Shown: positions 42,517 to 54,834 of the stretch, in pieces
Position numbering within the stretch: position 1 is the first letter of the stretch
Layout of the letters: each line of letters opens with the position of its first letter
Assembly (NCBI GenBank): GCA_051294375.1
Contig: CM119269.1
Coordinates: 460,272-524,271, forward strand
DNA: 64,000 nucleotides
Direction of reading: 5' to 3'
DNA from: Paraspadella gotoi
Lineage: Eukaryota; Animalia; Chaetognatha
Translations under genes and position numbers: made by a program
Notes under the pieces: generated by a model
Databases searched by the model: none
What the model was told of the DNA's origin: nothing
The model's input: the letters and a program-made list of their open reading frames with translations, nothing else

Positions 42517-44638
42517 AAGAGATTTTGCATTAATTTTGCTACATAACATTCAGGAAGTAATGACCTCGAAAGAGAAGCTATAAAAAAAATAAATAATCAA
42601 TTGTAAATTTTTTTTCGACTGAATATTTTTTTCTCTGAGGCTACATTTCGTTCTTAAACTCATTTCATCTTGTACTGTTTCATCGAAACTTTTTTTTGTA
42701 CAACAGACAGAATTTTAACTTAATGCATCAATCCAATCACAAGTAATTGGTGATTAAAGCTAAGGTGGGACGGACAGACAGACGGACTAAAAATAAAATG
42801 GTGTATTGTTAGCGGTAGCCGACCAAATTCAAATTTTAATGGAACAGCATTAAACTAATCCATTATTGGTATAATTATTGTGTTAAATATTTTTGCAAAA
42901 ATGTTCCGAACCATGAGTAATTCGCTAATTTATAATGTCAAAAATTTTGGGGATATTTTAAGTTTTTTTTAATTGATTCTGATAGAGCTTAAAAGTTAAG
43001 CAAAAAATATAATTACAACTTTTTAAAATTTTGATGTCTTATTACTAAAAATTAGTAAAAACTGCTAAAATCATCGGATGATGATGATGATGATGATTTT
43101 TAAGGTTTTTCTCAATTTAAACCACTTATCATCAAAATATTGAAAAAAAATTGTACTTTGATTAAGATAACTTTTCATAAGCTATTTGAATCTGCTTTTA
43201 AAAATAAAAAATTGCCAAAAAATTTTGACATTTCTATCTATAATAAATATTAAAAAATTAATTACTAATACTTCTTGCCATTTTAGAAAAATTTTGCTCC
43301 ATTGAAAGTTTTCTCAGAAATGTATGAAGTTTCATTTGGAAAGGTTCCAAATCAAACTTCTGACCCACCCCATTGACGAAGTTTGGCTCTAGTATTGTGG
43401 CGGTATATTCACACCGCCTCACGTCCACCATCCTTCAGCCAAATCCATTGGCTCAGAGGGAAACACACCATCCCAGGACGTAGTGTTCCATCCACAGTCC
43501 TAACGACTTCCCTCTTCGTTGGCCAAAGCGAGACCGTCCTAGAGGTAACCGCGCCAGTGACTGGAGGCGTCATTAGGGTCGGAAGCCACAAAGCCAACAG
43601 TGAGATGCCCCATCCCAGTGGGCATCACAGGCAACCCGGCTGTTGCCATAGTTATTTATGTTTTTGTAGAACTTCTCAAACTCAATCAGAGCCATATTAA
43701 AAATTCAATTGTGTGAATATTCACAACACACTTTCAACGTTTATATAGATTGGTTTTAAATCTAGTTCGTTGTATTATGATTGTATGCCTTTAAAATTTA
43801 AATTAAATAAATTAAATTAAATAGTTCTTCCTCATTGAGATCATTGATGTGTCTTTCTGTTTAAAAGCTCTCAACCCAAATAATTTAAAAGTAACGAGTC
43901 AACATTCTTTCACTTTCAGGTTTGAGTAGATTAATGTTAAAGGGTGAAAAGTTAAAAGGTAAGTTTAAATCTTGTTCCAGCCGAATCCTTCCAATCCATC
44001 AGTCATGTGTCCAATTTCTTATCACCCCGATGCCGATGCAGCAGTTTTATTCGACTGCTCTGTTTTGCTTCGAAAAACCGGATCTTTTTAATTGAAGCGT
44101 AAATTAGACTCTTCACTTGAGTTCAGTCTAGAAGAGAAACTTAATTTTAAAGTAAAAATCATTAAGTAATTTAAGGGGATATATTTCGTATGGACCGTCG
44201 CCTAATGAAGGGATGACTAATTGACTAATTGACAATTGTCCATTACCAGATTACGTTAATTCTTTGGGCACATTAGTGGCGTGAGAGCTGAGATTAGTTC
44301 CACTTCGTAACTACATAGTCAATAGTCAGTCTTCCTGATTGGAATTCACAACTTCCCTGCATTCCATCAACGGATTTTCAAACCATACTTTTTAACAGGA
44401 TAATTTTTATTCGATTCTTAATCCTTTTTTAATTTAATCTTGCGAAACCAGTTTGTCGGCGTCATTATAAACTCTGCGGTCTGAGGCATTCTTCCCCAAA
44501 TAGGGCGTCATCGTCTCTTTTTGGAGGAATCGGGCGGAGAAGCACCTATGCAGGGAGAGAAAAAAGTGGTTTGGTCGCTTTCTTTCGCAATGTCGCATTA
44601 ACTCTTTCTTCTTCTCTCTCTTCTCCTCTCTCTCTCTC

Positions 44639-44696
<58 letters not shown>

Positions 44697-46184
44697 CCCT
44701 TTCGCTCGTATGACTTTTTTCATAATGACAGGATCTCTATTTTCAGAGCCGAAATTCCGTAACAAAATGACGGAGAACGCGCGTTAGAGCCGTAGAATCT
44801 CTCTCTTGGGNNNNNNNNNNNNNNNNNNNNNNNNNAGAGATTTTGCATTAATTTTGCTACATAACATTCAGGAAGAGAAACTATAAAAAAATAAATAATC
44901 AATTGTAACATTTTTTTTTGACTGAATATTTTTTTCTCTGAGGCTACATAGCGTCTTAAACTCATTTCATCTTGTACTGTTTTCATCCGAAACTTTTTTT
45001 TGTACCCACAGGACAAATTATACTTAATGCATCAATTCCAATTCGACCAGTTTAAATTGGTGATTAAAGCTAAGGTGGGACGGACAGACGGACGGACTAA
45101 AAATAGAATGGTGTATTTATGTTTTTGTAGAACTTCTCAAACTCAATCAGAGCCATATTAAAAATTCAATTTGGTGTGAATATTCCATCACACTTTCAAC
45201 GTTTATATAGATTGGTTTTAAATCTAGTTCGTTGTATTATGATTGTATGCCTTTAAAATTTAAATTAAATAAATTAAATTAAATAGATCTTCCTCATCGA
45301 GTCATCATTTGATGTCTTTTCTGTTTAAAAGCTCTCGACCCAAATAATTTAAAAGTAACGAGTCAACATTCTTTCAACTTTCAGGTTTGAGTAGATTAAT
45401 GTTAAAGGGTGAAAAGTTAAAAGGTAAGTTTAAATCTTGTTTCCAGCCGGATCCTTCCAATCCATCAGTCATGTGTCCAATTTCTTATCACCGCGATGCC
45501 GATGCAGCAGTTTTATTCGACTGCTCTGTTTTGCTTTCGAAAAAACCGGATCTTTTTTAATTGAAGCGTAAATTAGACTCTTCACTTGAGTTCAGTCTAG
45601 AAAGAGAAACTTAAGTTTTAAAGTAAAATCATTTAGTAATTGAAAAGGGACGTGGTTGGCGTCGCAGATCCCTTTTTCCATCCCACCTTGGCGCATGGGA
45701 TTGTTGGGAGGGCGGGGGTGTCCATTTTCTTTAAGGGTGGCGTGGTTTTTGTAAGGGCCGTCGCCTAATGAAGGGATGACTAATTGACTAATTGACAATT
45801 GTCCATTACCAAGATTACGTTAATTCTTTGGGGCACATTAGTGGCGTGAGAGCTGAAGATTAGTTCCACTTCGTAACTACATAGTCAATAGTCAGTCTTC
45901 CTGATTGGAATTCACAACTTTCCCTGCATTCCATCAACGGATTTTCAAACCATACTTTTTAACCAGGATTTAATTTTATTTCGGATTCTTAATTCTCTTT
46001 TTTATTTAATCTTGCGAAACCAGTTTGTCGGCGTATTATAAACTCTGCGGTCTTGAGGCATTCTTCCCCAAATAGGGCGTCATCGTCTCTTTTTGGAGGA
46101 ATCGGGCGGAGAAGCACCTAATGCAGGGAGAGAAAAAAGTGGTTTGGTCGCTTTTCTTCGCAATGTCGCATTAACTCTTTTCTT

Positions 46185-46236
<52 letters not shown>

Positions 46237-46238
46237 CT

Positions 46239-46281
<43 letters not shown>

Positions 46282-46375
46282 TTCGCTCGTATGACTTTTT
46301 TCATAATGACAGGATCTCTATTTTCAGAGCGAAATTCCGTAACAAAATAGACGGAGAACGGCGCTTAGAGCCGTA
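42517..46375. repeat. Direct duplication across the N-gap 44811-44835 (42517-44810 vs 44836-46375), probably two haplotypes
   Basis: Collinear near-identical sequence; copy 1 has ~845 extra bp (42808-43651) and copy 2 has ~100 extra bp (~45650-45750). Confidence 0.85.
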
Positions 46376-46512
46376 GCGAATTCCCGGGGTGAAGAAGCAA
46401 ATCGGTGGAACCGGCGTCGGCTGAAGGGAATCTCGTGAAACTCGTTTCTTTGGGGGGCCCCTCGGTCCCCTCGGCCCGGGTCTCCCTCCTCAAAAAGCGT
46501 CCCTCTCGCCGA

Positions 46513-46524
46513 GGATATAAAAGA
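46513..46524 (+). promoter_or_regulatory. TATA box of the IF gene
   Basis: GGATATAAAAG in GC-rich context ~280 bp upstream of ATG 46797. Confidence 0.55.
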
Positions 46525-46796
46525 GGACCCTCGCCGGGGATCCCCGCGGTCCTTTTCCGAAAAGCTCAACATCGCGCGCGCGTCTTTTCGCTCCTCCCTA
46601 ATTTTTTCAATTTTCGTGATCCCGAGGGTCTTACTCGCAAGACAACGACGGTCACTTCGTTACGACGTAATTTGAGTCGCAAAAAAAGTAAGAACCCCCC
46701 AATCACTAATTTTCCCAATGATCGATATTTACGAGGTAATGTTTTAAAAAAACTAAACTTTTCCTTAATAGCACTTCTTGCATCGCTATCGAAAAA

Positions 46797-49447
46797 ATGA
46801 GTTACGCTCAATCTCAATCCTACTCCGTCTCCTCCTCATCCGGCGGCGGCGGCGGCGGCGGCGGCGGCTCGGTGCAGATGAGCATGAGCGGCGGAGGCGG
46901 CGGCTCATCCGGCTTCTCTTCCATGAGCGGAGGAAGAGGTGATGTTTCCTTGTCCAGCTCCAGGAAGGTAAGTAATCCTCATCCACTTCTTCTTAAAGTT
47001 GCCCCAAATGACGGAGGTAACCCTCAATCCTTATTTACAGACGGACATTACCCGTACTAGTGGCTCCAGAGGCGGCGGCGGTGGGCAATCGATGCTGATG
47101 GCCCTTTCCTCCCTCGGCGGGGTGAGTCCATTTCGTGAACTAGTATTTGTTAGAAAATCGTGATTCTGACTTCCATCGCGATTGCTTTTTCAGGGTACGG
47201 CTGCCTACGCGGGAACTCACGATCTTGGAAGCAATCCGACTTCCGTCATTGCCAACCGGCAGAGGTTAATTTTCCAGAATGAAATCGTTGTTAATAATTC
47301 TTTCATAGCTAATTTTCTTTTAAAACGGCTTTTAGGGAGAAGCATGACTTGGAGGACTTGAACAAGAAGCTGGCCGATTACATCTCCAGCGTGGGCTATT
47401 ACAAGGCCAAGGTCAAGGAACAGGAGCAAATCATTGCCAATTTCAAGGGTGAGTCAATAAAGCGAAAAAAAAGTTATAAGACGACTATAAATGATATTTA
47501 TTTCAATCTCTCGCTTTCTCAGGCAAGTTCGAATCGATGGAAGCCAACCTCCGCGCCATCTACGATCCCGAGATGGAGAATCTGCGCGGAACCATCGACG
47601 CCACGGCGCGGGAGAAGGCGCAGGTCGAACTCAAGGTGGAGACTCTGGAAAACCTCTACAAGGACTTTCGCTCCAAGTAAGTTTTTGTCTCTTAATCTTT
47701 CCTCGCGTCAGATAAATTGCATTAGTCTTAACTCATTAATCAATTGCTGCGTCCAGGTACGAGGCTGAGCTCTCGGCCCACGAAGTGACGCGCGCCTCTG
47801 TTCCTAAACTCCAGCGTGAGCTTTCGGAAAAGGATGCTCAAATCGATTTCTTGGCTAAGACGCTTTCCAGCCTGGAACCACAAGTAGGTTTCTCAAATAT
47901 GATTTCGTTACAATCGTAATTATTGCGTATAATTAAAACACGTCTCGCATTGCACCGCGCGATGTGAAGAAATGAAAGGTTTCTAATATTCTTTTTTTTT
48001 TACCGAATTTATTACTTGGTTGGTTCGCGAGACCAAAAACAATTTTTCATCAAGACAGTCGATGGTACGAGAAAGATCTCGACATTTCCGCTCTTTAAAA
48101 CTTTCTTCTCTCGTCTTCTTCACCGCTCCCTCAACCATCAGGTGGGGGCGCTCAAGTCGCAGATCTCGACTTATCAGAAAGAGTCTATCGACGCGAAGAT
48201 GGGCGCCGACGCTGAGATCGTCCGTCGCGTGGAACTCGAGTCCAAACTCGTCACCAAGGAGGAAGAGATCGCGTTCCTCAAGAGGCTCTACGAGGAGGTG
48301 AGGTTTTTTTTTGAGAGTAAGTTCAGTCAACCGCTTCTTTCTCTCCACGGCGTTTGGGAATTTTCGCTTGACTTTAATTTTTCCCGCCTCGATCTATTTT
48401 TTAACTTGGCAAAAAAACTCATCGGCTTTTTTCGCAGACTCATTTATCAACGGCAATGTTTTGTCGGACCTTTTTCACGTATTACCCTGACTCAATTTTT
48501 TTCTAACTATGATTTCTTCTTTTTTTTCCTTTGGTTTTTACGTCGTTTTGTTTTGATAGTTTTGTTTTGATATTTTAAAAATAAATTTGTCGCTGATCAC
48601 AACTTCGTAATAACTTCAGAAACTACGCATGGCTTTGGATTTGGACATGGACTCCGCCGACGTGCAAGCCATCTACTCCAAGGAGTTGGGCAACGCGCTT
48701 TGCGACATCCGCGCCGAATACCAGGCTCAGCTGGAGGCTATTCGCCAGGGCGGCGGCGACGATTCCTGGTCAGAAATTTTGGACATTATCGAGGCGCCAG
48801 CGAAAGCTAACAATCCTTCTATCCTCCGTTTTCCCTTTTCTTCCCGTTCAGGTATCAACAAAGGTTCAACGCTATGATGCAAACTTCGGAGAAGCAGGGT
48901 CGCGAACTGGTCATGGCCAAGGAAGAGGTCGTCAAGGCCAAAACCAAGTATTCCGAGGCCGTGCAAAGCACTGGAGCCATGAGGAACGAGGTAGGTCGCC
49001 GAAAGAAAGGTTTCCCCCTTTTTCTTTTTCTTTTCTTTTCTTTTCTTTTATGATCACTCGATTCTCTTCTCTTTGTCAGATCGCTTCCCTCAAAGCGATG
49101 GTCGATGATCTCCAGTCCGCCATGGAAGAGGAGAAGAAGGCTCACTCGGTCGCCATTGGCGACCGCGATGCCCAGTGCGTCGAGTACAAGAAGCAGATCG
49201 CCGCCCACATCATGGAACTTAAGGGACTGATGGACATCAAATTGGGTCTCGACACCCAGATCGCCGAGTACCGAAGGCTCTTGCTGTCCGAGGAGACCAG
49301 GTTGAACAGCGAAACAATTAATAAATAGCAGATGAGAAAAGAAACAAAATAATAAACCAAAGATAACATAAAAAGTTGCTGTTGGTTAAGAAAGAAAGAA
49401 AATAGAAAGAAAGAGAAAGAAAAAGAAAGAAAGAGAGAAGAAAGAAA

Positions 49448-49480
<33 letters not shown>

Positions 49481-49994
49481 AAAGAAAGAAAGAAAGAAAG
49501 AAAAGAAAAATAAAAAAAGTTTAAAAAAAGTATATATATAGAAATGTATATAAAATTTAAAATATGAGATCAACAAAGTTTCAATTTTTTTACATCGAGC
49601 TTATCACTCCTGCTCACATTCGCCCCCAATATTAAAGAATGCGCGGGAAACCGGTTCGGCCGGCGGCGGCGGCGGCGCCGTCACCATGCAATCTAGCAGC
49701 TCGACCTTCAGCAGCAGCGGCGGCGGGAGCAGCGAATGTCTAGCGGCGGCGGGAGCAGCGGATTCTCCAGCGGTTCCACCATGTCGCAGTCTTCTTCAGC
49801 AGTAAGTTCTTTTTTCATTGCCAATGTCATGGAAGGGGAGGAAGAAAGTTTTAGTTTTTTTTTTAACGCGAGGAGAATTTTATTTGCAATATAAAGTGAT
49901 TTAGTAATAGTATCTTTCGTTTTCAACCCGGGCTCTAGCAGAAATATGCGTCGTTGGCTGGTTATTTATCGACTCTTTCATTTAATCTTCAGAG

Positions 49995-50087
<93 letters not shown>

Positions 50088-52549
50088 TTCTCTCTTATAT
50101 CTCTATCTCTTCTCCTCTGGCATGCACACCCATTCCGCTCAAGCTCTCTTAAAAAAATCCGTTTCACGACCAATTATATTCTCCTTGATCGAGCAAACCG
50201 TTCTTTTAACATCCGCTTCATCAAAAAGCACTTTAAGGCACACACACGCACACACACCAATTGAATTTCCAGTTTTCACGATCGATATTCCAAATCGGGT
50301 TACGTCGATCCTCGCCAACCGGTTTTCCGAGTCGTCCACCTTTTGAAGCGCTTCGAGGATCGTAAATCTCCTTTCCTTTCCAACCCTGGCTTCGGTGGTC
50401 GCCGGTGGCGGAAGAATCAGTATCCATTACCGGTGTAGCGATAATTACTAATAACCTAAAATCGTAGCATGGGGTGAACTCCAGCCTGAAGGAATGGAAG
50501 CGATGAAATATGCCCCTTTGCTTCCTATCTCCCTCTCTCTCTCTCTCTTCGTCTTCTCTATCTCTCTTCCTCTCTCGTACCCAGGCTGGAGTTCCTCCAC
50601 GGTGACCACATCCACCTATCGCGGGGCTTCTGCGGCCGAGCGCGACCACTACATGCGAGTTTTCCGCCACTTCGACCGCAACGGAAACGGCATCGACGTC
50701 AACGAGATGAAGACCGTCCTGGATTGGGCCGACGATCAGAGCTTCGGCGGACGCGCCCGACGCAACGCCTCCGACGAATATTGCCGCAGCCTCATGGCGA
50801 CCGGAGACGCGGACTCGAGCGGAAGCCTCGATTTCGAGGAATTCCTCAAACTCATGATTTTTGAGAAAAAATTCAACCTGATGAGGTCGTTCCGGTCGGC
50901 CGACGTGGGGGGCAAGGGCTACCTAACTGAGCAAGAGGTGGTGGTCGGACTCAGGTCCGCCGGTTACGAAGTCGCCGACACCGCGGACCTGCTCCGAAAC
51001 GCCGTCCACGAAGACGGCAAAGTCCGATACGAGGACTTTGTTCGCAATCTTTAAAATAGAATAGAAAATAGATAAATGAATAAATAAATCAATAAATAAA
51101 AATACGGGTTAAAGCAGATTTAGAAGGCACTTTTTGACACGGCAAATTTTCACAATTCCTTCTTGATCAGTTTTGTTTTTTTGTCTATTGTTTTTCGGAT
51201 TTTTTTTTTATAATAAAAATACATTGGATCGGATAATACTTTTTTCCTTATAAAAAGTATACCTACTAAGCACCTTATGTTGGTAGAGAGATTTTTATTA
51301 ACTAGCTTCTACTTTCTTTCATACAACTTTTTTTTCTTCCTTATTAAATAATTTTTTGATTCGTAATTAAGGAGAGTCGAGGCAAAAAAGGAAAAAAAAA
51401 AAGCGAAGGGAAAAAAATCAGTTACGCGGGAAAGATTTTCGGTCTTTGCTCAAGGAATGTAGCTGAGCAACTTTAGACGAGCACGAAATAAAATAAAAAT
51501 TAAAATAATTTCTTTCTCTTCGTCACTTATTTTTTTTAATTCTCCCGATTTTCAAGTTTTGAGCGAGAGTTAAAAATCCTAAGATAACGCCGCCCCCTTT
51601 TGGCCTGAAGCTTCCTAAATATCGCAAAAGATGATTTCCACTCGCTCATTAACCCCTCCCTACCCTTTTTGGTTCCATTTATATCTTGCCCCTACGCGAA
51701 ATCCCTGCAAACCCACTTGATAACGCCCTTCTCACTTTGAAGCGGAAAATGGGACAGTCGGAGATCCAGGGCGGCGGCGGGTCCGAATATGTCTCGGCCA
51801 CTTTCGTCCTCTTCGGGACAAAGTTTGTGTTTTGTTATTCGTCACCCGGAGATATTCCGCGCCCTTCCTTGTTCGATTGCTCCCTCGCGATTCGTTTAGT
51901 TGTAGAAATTACATTTTATCGAGCTACCTTTTTTTATCGAAATCAGTTTATTCCCGTGCCACATAAAATTATTTTGAAAAGGCCGCAGGCTGAGACTTAT
52001 TGTTGATTAATTTTAAGTAATTGAGCATATCTCTTCTGGGGGATCTCCAGTGCCCGAATTTTGATAAAAGGCTCATTCCGCGAAGGGATGGCTCGAAAAG
52101 TGTTTAATATATATACGACGAATAAAAAAAGGATTTAACAAAATTCAAGTATAATTATATAAAGAAAAAGGAAGATTTTTTTTAATGCTTTAATTTTTAG
52201 TTTAATTTATTTTTTAATTTGTTTAATTATATTTAATTTTGTTAAATTCTTATTGTTGGGCCTTATTTCTTCGTCTAACTACTGGAGTTTTTTTCTCTCT
52301 GGTAGAAAAGATCTGACCCGACGTCGCGACCCAAAGTGAACGCATTCTCCGACTTTAAAAGTCGGGGTGATTGCGTCACAACCCTCCTTTTCACATCTTT
52401 TTTTTTCTCACTGACAAATTCGTAACGTTTTCGATTTACAGTGTCCAGCAGCGGAGGGTCTGGCGCATCAGCAAGCGGTATTCATTTTTATCATTTTGAT
52501 CAAATTACAAGTGACACTTGATAATTATTGTGACGTTTTTTCTGCATTC

Positions 52550-52587
<38 letters not shown>

Positions 52588-54834
52588 TCTCTCTCTTCTC
52601 TCTCTCTCTCTCTGTTTTTACACTGATAACCGCTCATAATAGAAACATTGTGGCAGCAAGACTTAAAGCTGACCTCACTGCATGTCCGTCCTCCAGCCCT
52701 ACGTCTCAATGGCATGAGCAGGCTAGCATCAATCTCATTCCATCCGCTGACGTCCCGGGTTCAATCCCTGGGTATCCGGTTCTTGGCTTAATGGTGGACG
52801 GTGCCCGGTATAAACCATTGGCCAGTGACAGGAGGGGCGGTCACTGAGGGTCGCAGCTCCCTATGCCAGGTTGTGAGAATGAACCCCGCGCCCGGGTATC
52901 CACAGTGCTATCCTCCGTTGGCCATGAAGTGGTGAGCCCTACTCCGCACACGGCACCGTCTGCGCAACCGTGCGCCCGACGCTTACGTCGCTTAGGGTAA
53001 TGCATATCACGCCTATGCCCTAACTTCTCTGGTAACGCTCCCAGACTCGCTCGCTCCGGCGATCGCCCAGCATCGGCTCTCACTATGGGCAATGAGATGC
53101 TAAAAACCTTCTCTCAGAATGCTCCATCAGGATTGAGGCTCCCTGTGGAGAAGTCTGGTGGGGGGATTCCTGTGCAGCAAGACTTAAAGCTGGCCTCACT
53201 GGCTGTCCGTCCTCAGCCTCGTCTCAATGGCTGAGCAGCTACATGCATCTCATTCCGCTATCCGTGCGTCCGCGGGTCTCAATCCCTGGGTAATCCCCGG
53301 TTCTGGCTTAAATGTGACGGTGCCCGGTATAAACATGCCAGTGACAGGAAAGGCGGTCACTGAGGGTCCGCAGCCCCTATGCAGTTTGGTGAGATAGCCC
53401 CGCGCACCCGGGTATCACAGGCTATCCTCCCGTTGGCATAACATCCTGGTTTCTCCACGGGTACGTTCCTTCAAATAGGAACGAAGCCCTTGTCGGGGGA
53501 CAGAGGTGAAAAGCCTGAACCAGTGAAGGTGTTCGACAAGAAAGAGAACTATTATTAGAAATAATATAACTTAATAATAATAATAATAATATAATATCCT
53601 CAATAATATCATTAAATAAATAAATTAAACCATCCGCCTTTCTCCTTGAATTTCCTTGCTTTACTCACCCATTTTTCTCCGGCTGCCAACGAGGTTTAAT
53701 CTTACCTGTGCCCCCTCTCTTTTGCGCAGGCGCAATGTCGCAATCGATGGCGCGTACGACGTTCCAGGCGTCGAGCAAAGGAAAGGCGGCCATTTCCGAG
53801 ACAGCCGCCGACGGTCGGTACATCGTCGTCGAGAACAAGCAGGGTTCCGTAAGTAACTTTTTTCTTATTATTTCATTCCCATTACTATCTATTAGGGTGA
53901 AATGAAAGTTTGGAATCAAAATTTAGCAGTTATATCTTGAAAACTATCATATTAGTAAATACTAATCTATAGTTATTTTTATTTTTTATCGTCAGCTTAT
54001 TTTGTAAATATTGCTACCCTTATATATTGTTAAAATTTTTAAATAGTTTTTTTTTTTAAATTCTGAGAACAAATTCAGATTCTTAGTTAAAAGTTCATAA
54101 AAGAAAATGTAAATATTTTTTTAAATTTATATGTTTAAGTAGGTTAAAATTATAAAAACCTATAACTATAAGCTTTAAAATTTAAAAATTTTTATTTTGA
54201 AATTTTAGCATATTATATATTTATTGTTATATATATATATAGCTCACTGGTACCCACTAATGTATAAAATTTAAAAAATTAATTTATGAAAGTATTTTTA
54301 TTAGTTTTTATTTTTATATTGTAAATGCTAAACTTTAATTTTATATAATTTTATTATTTTCACATCACTCTACTATCTATTACTATCTTGTACCATCTTG
54401 ATATTGTTGGAATGGTTTTGGACAGACGATGGACTTTGGTGGATGGAGGATCGAGCGCAAAGTGGACAACAACGAGCAATTGACCTTCGTCTTCCCTCCT
54501 GGCACCAACATTGGAGGCTTCTCCACCATGAAAGCAAGTTTTTTTTATAATATATATATTATTGTATTTTATATTTATATGTATGTATCTCTCTCTTTTG
54601 TTTTTCTTTTTATTTCAAATTATTTTATCATACCTTTTCTCTATATTTTTTTTTGTTAAACTTAATTTCTTTCTATCGCAGGTCTGGTCCCAAGGCGCAC
54701 AGGGAGCCCTACAGGATAACGCTAACTTGATCTGCAACGTTCAATGGGGAGTCGGTTTCAACGCCGAGAACTCTCTAAGGAACCCCGCCGGGGAAGGGGA
54801 AGCCTCGCTCACCCAAAGGACCATGCTCGGTTGA
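46797..54834 (+). CDS. Cytoplasmic intermediate filament protein, lamin-tail-domain isoform (exons 46797-46967, 47041-47121, 47194-47264, 47336-47448, 47523-47676, 47757-47883, 48142-48297, 48620-48768, 48852-48990, 49080-49300, 49638-49801, 49942-49960, 52442-52477, 53730-53848, 54426-54533, 54682-54834)
   Basis: Gly/Ser head; coil 1A EKHDLEDLNKKLADYI; lamin-length coil 1b; rod end KLGLDTQIAEYRRLLLSEETR; LTD KGKAAISETAADGRYIVVEN..DFGGWRIERKVD..FVFP..VWS..WGVG; no NLS or CaaX. Exon 11 needs two 1-bp corrections. Confidence 0.92.
50585..51054 (+). CDS. Calmodulin-like four-EF-hand terminal exon inside the IF gene
   Basis: Loops DRNGNG-IDVNE, DADSSGSLDFEE, DVGGKGYLTEQE and a degenerate EDGKVRYED; long polypyrimidine tract + CCAG acceptor; TAA stop, then several AATAAA at ~51078-51100. 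Confidence 0.9.
52650..53440 (+). mobile_element. GC-rich interspersed element with a tRNA-like head, tandemly duplicated (52650-52925, 53173-53440) in an IF intron
   Basis: A-box-like gtctcaatgg and B box GGTTCAATCCC; the second copy is collinear with many small deletions. Confidence 0.6.
53893..54372. mobile_element. hAT-type MITE (480 bp) in an LTD intron
   Basis: TIR tagggtgaaatgaaa / tttcacatcactcta (12/15); perfect 8-bp TSD CTATCTAT at 53885-53892 and 54373-54380. Confidence 0.85.

Noticed and set aside
42517-46375. Real segmental duplication upstream of the IF gene
   Set aside because: The copies abut an N-gap and differ by indels as alleles would; most likely uncollapsed haplotypes.
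50494-50584. Apparent signal peptide on the EF-hand ORF (MEAMKYAPLLPISLSLSL...)
   Set aside because: It is the translated CT-rich polypyrimidine tract before the acceptor at 50584.
52820-52925. HDV-like ribozyme (ggccagt...tcctccgttggcc)
   Set aside because: P1 can be drawn, but P3, P2 and the catalytic joiner cannot.
46797-54834. Nuclear lamin
   Set aside because: No NLS between rod and LTD and no terminal CaaX; the Gly/Ser-rich head fits a cytoplasmic IF.
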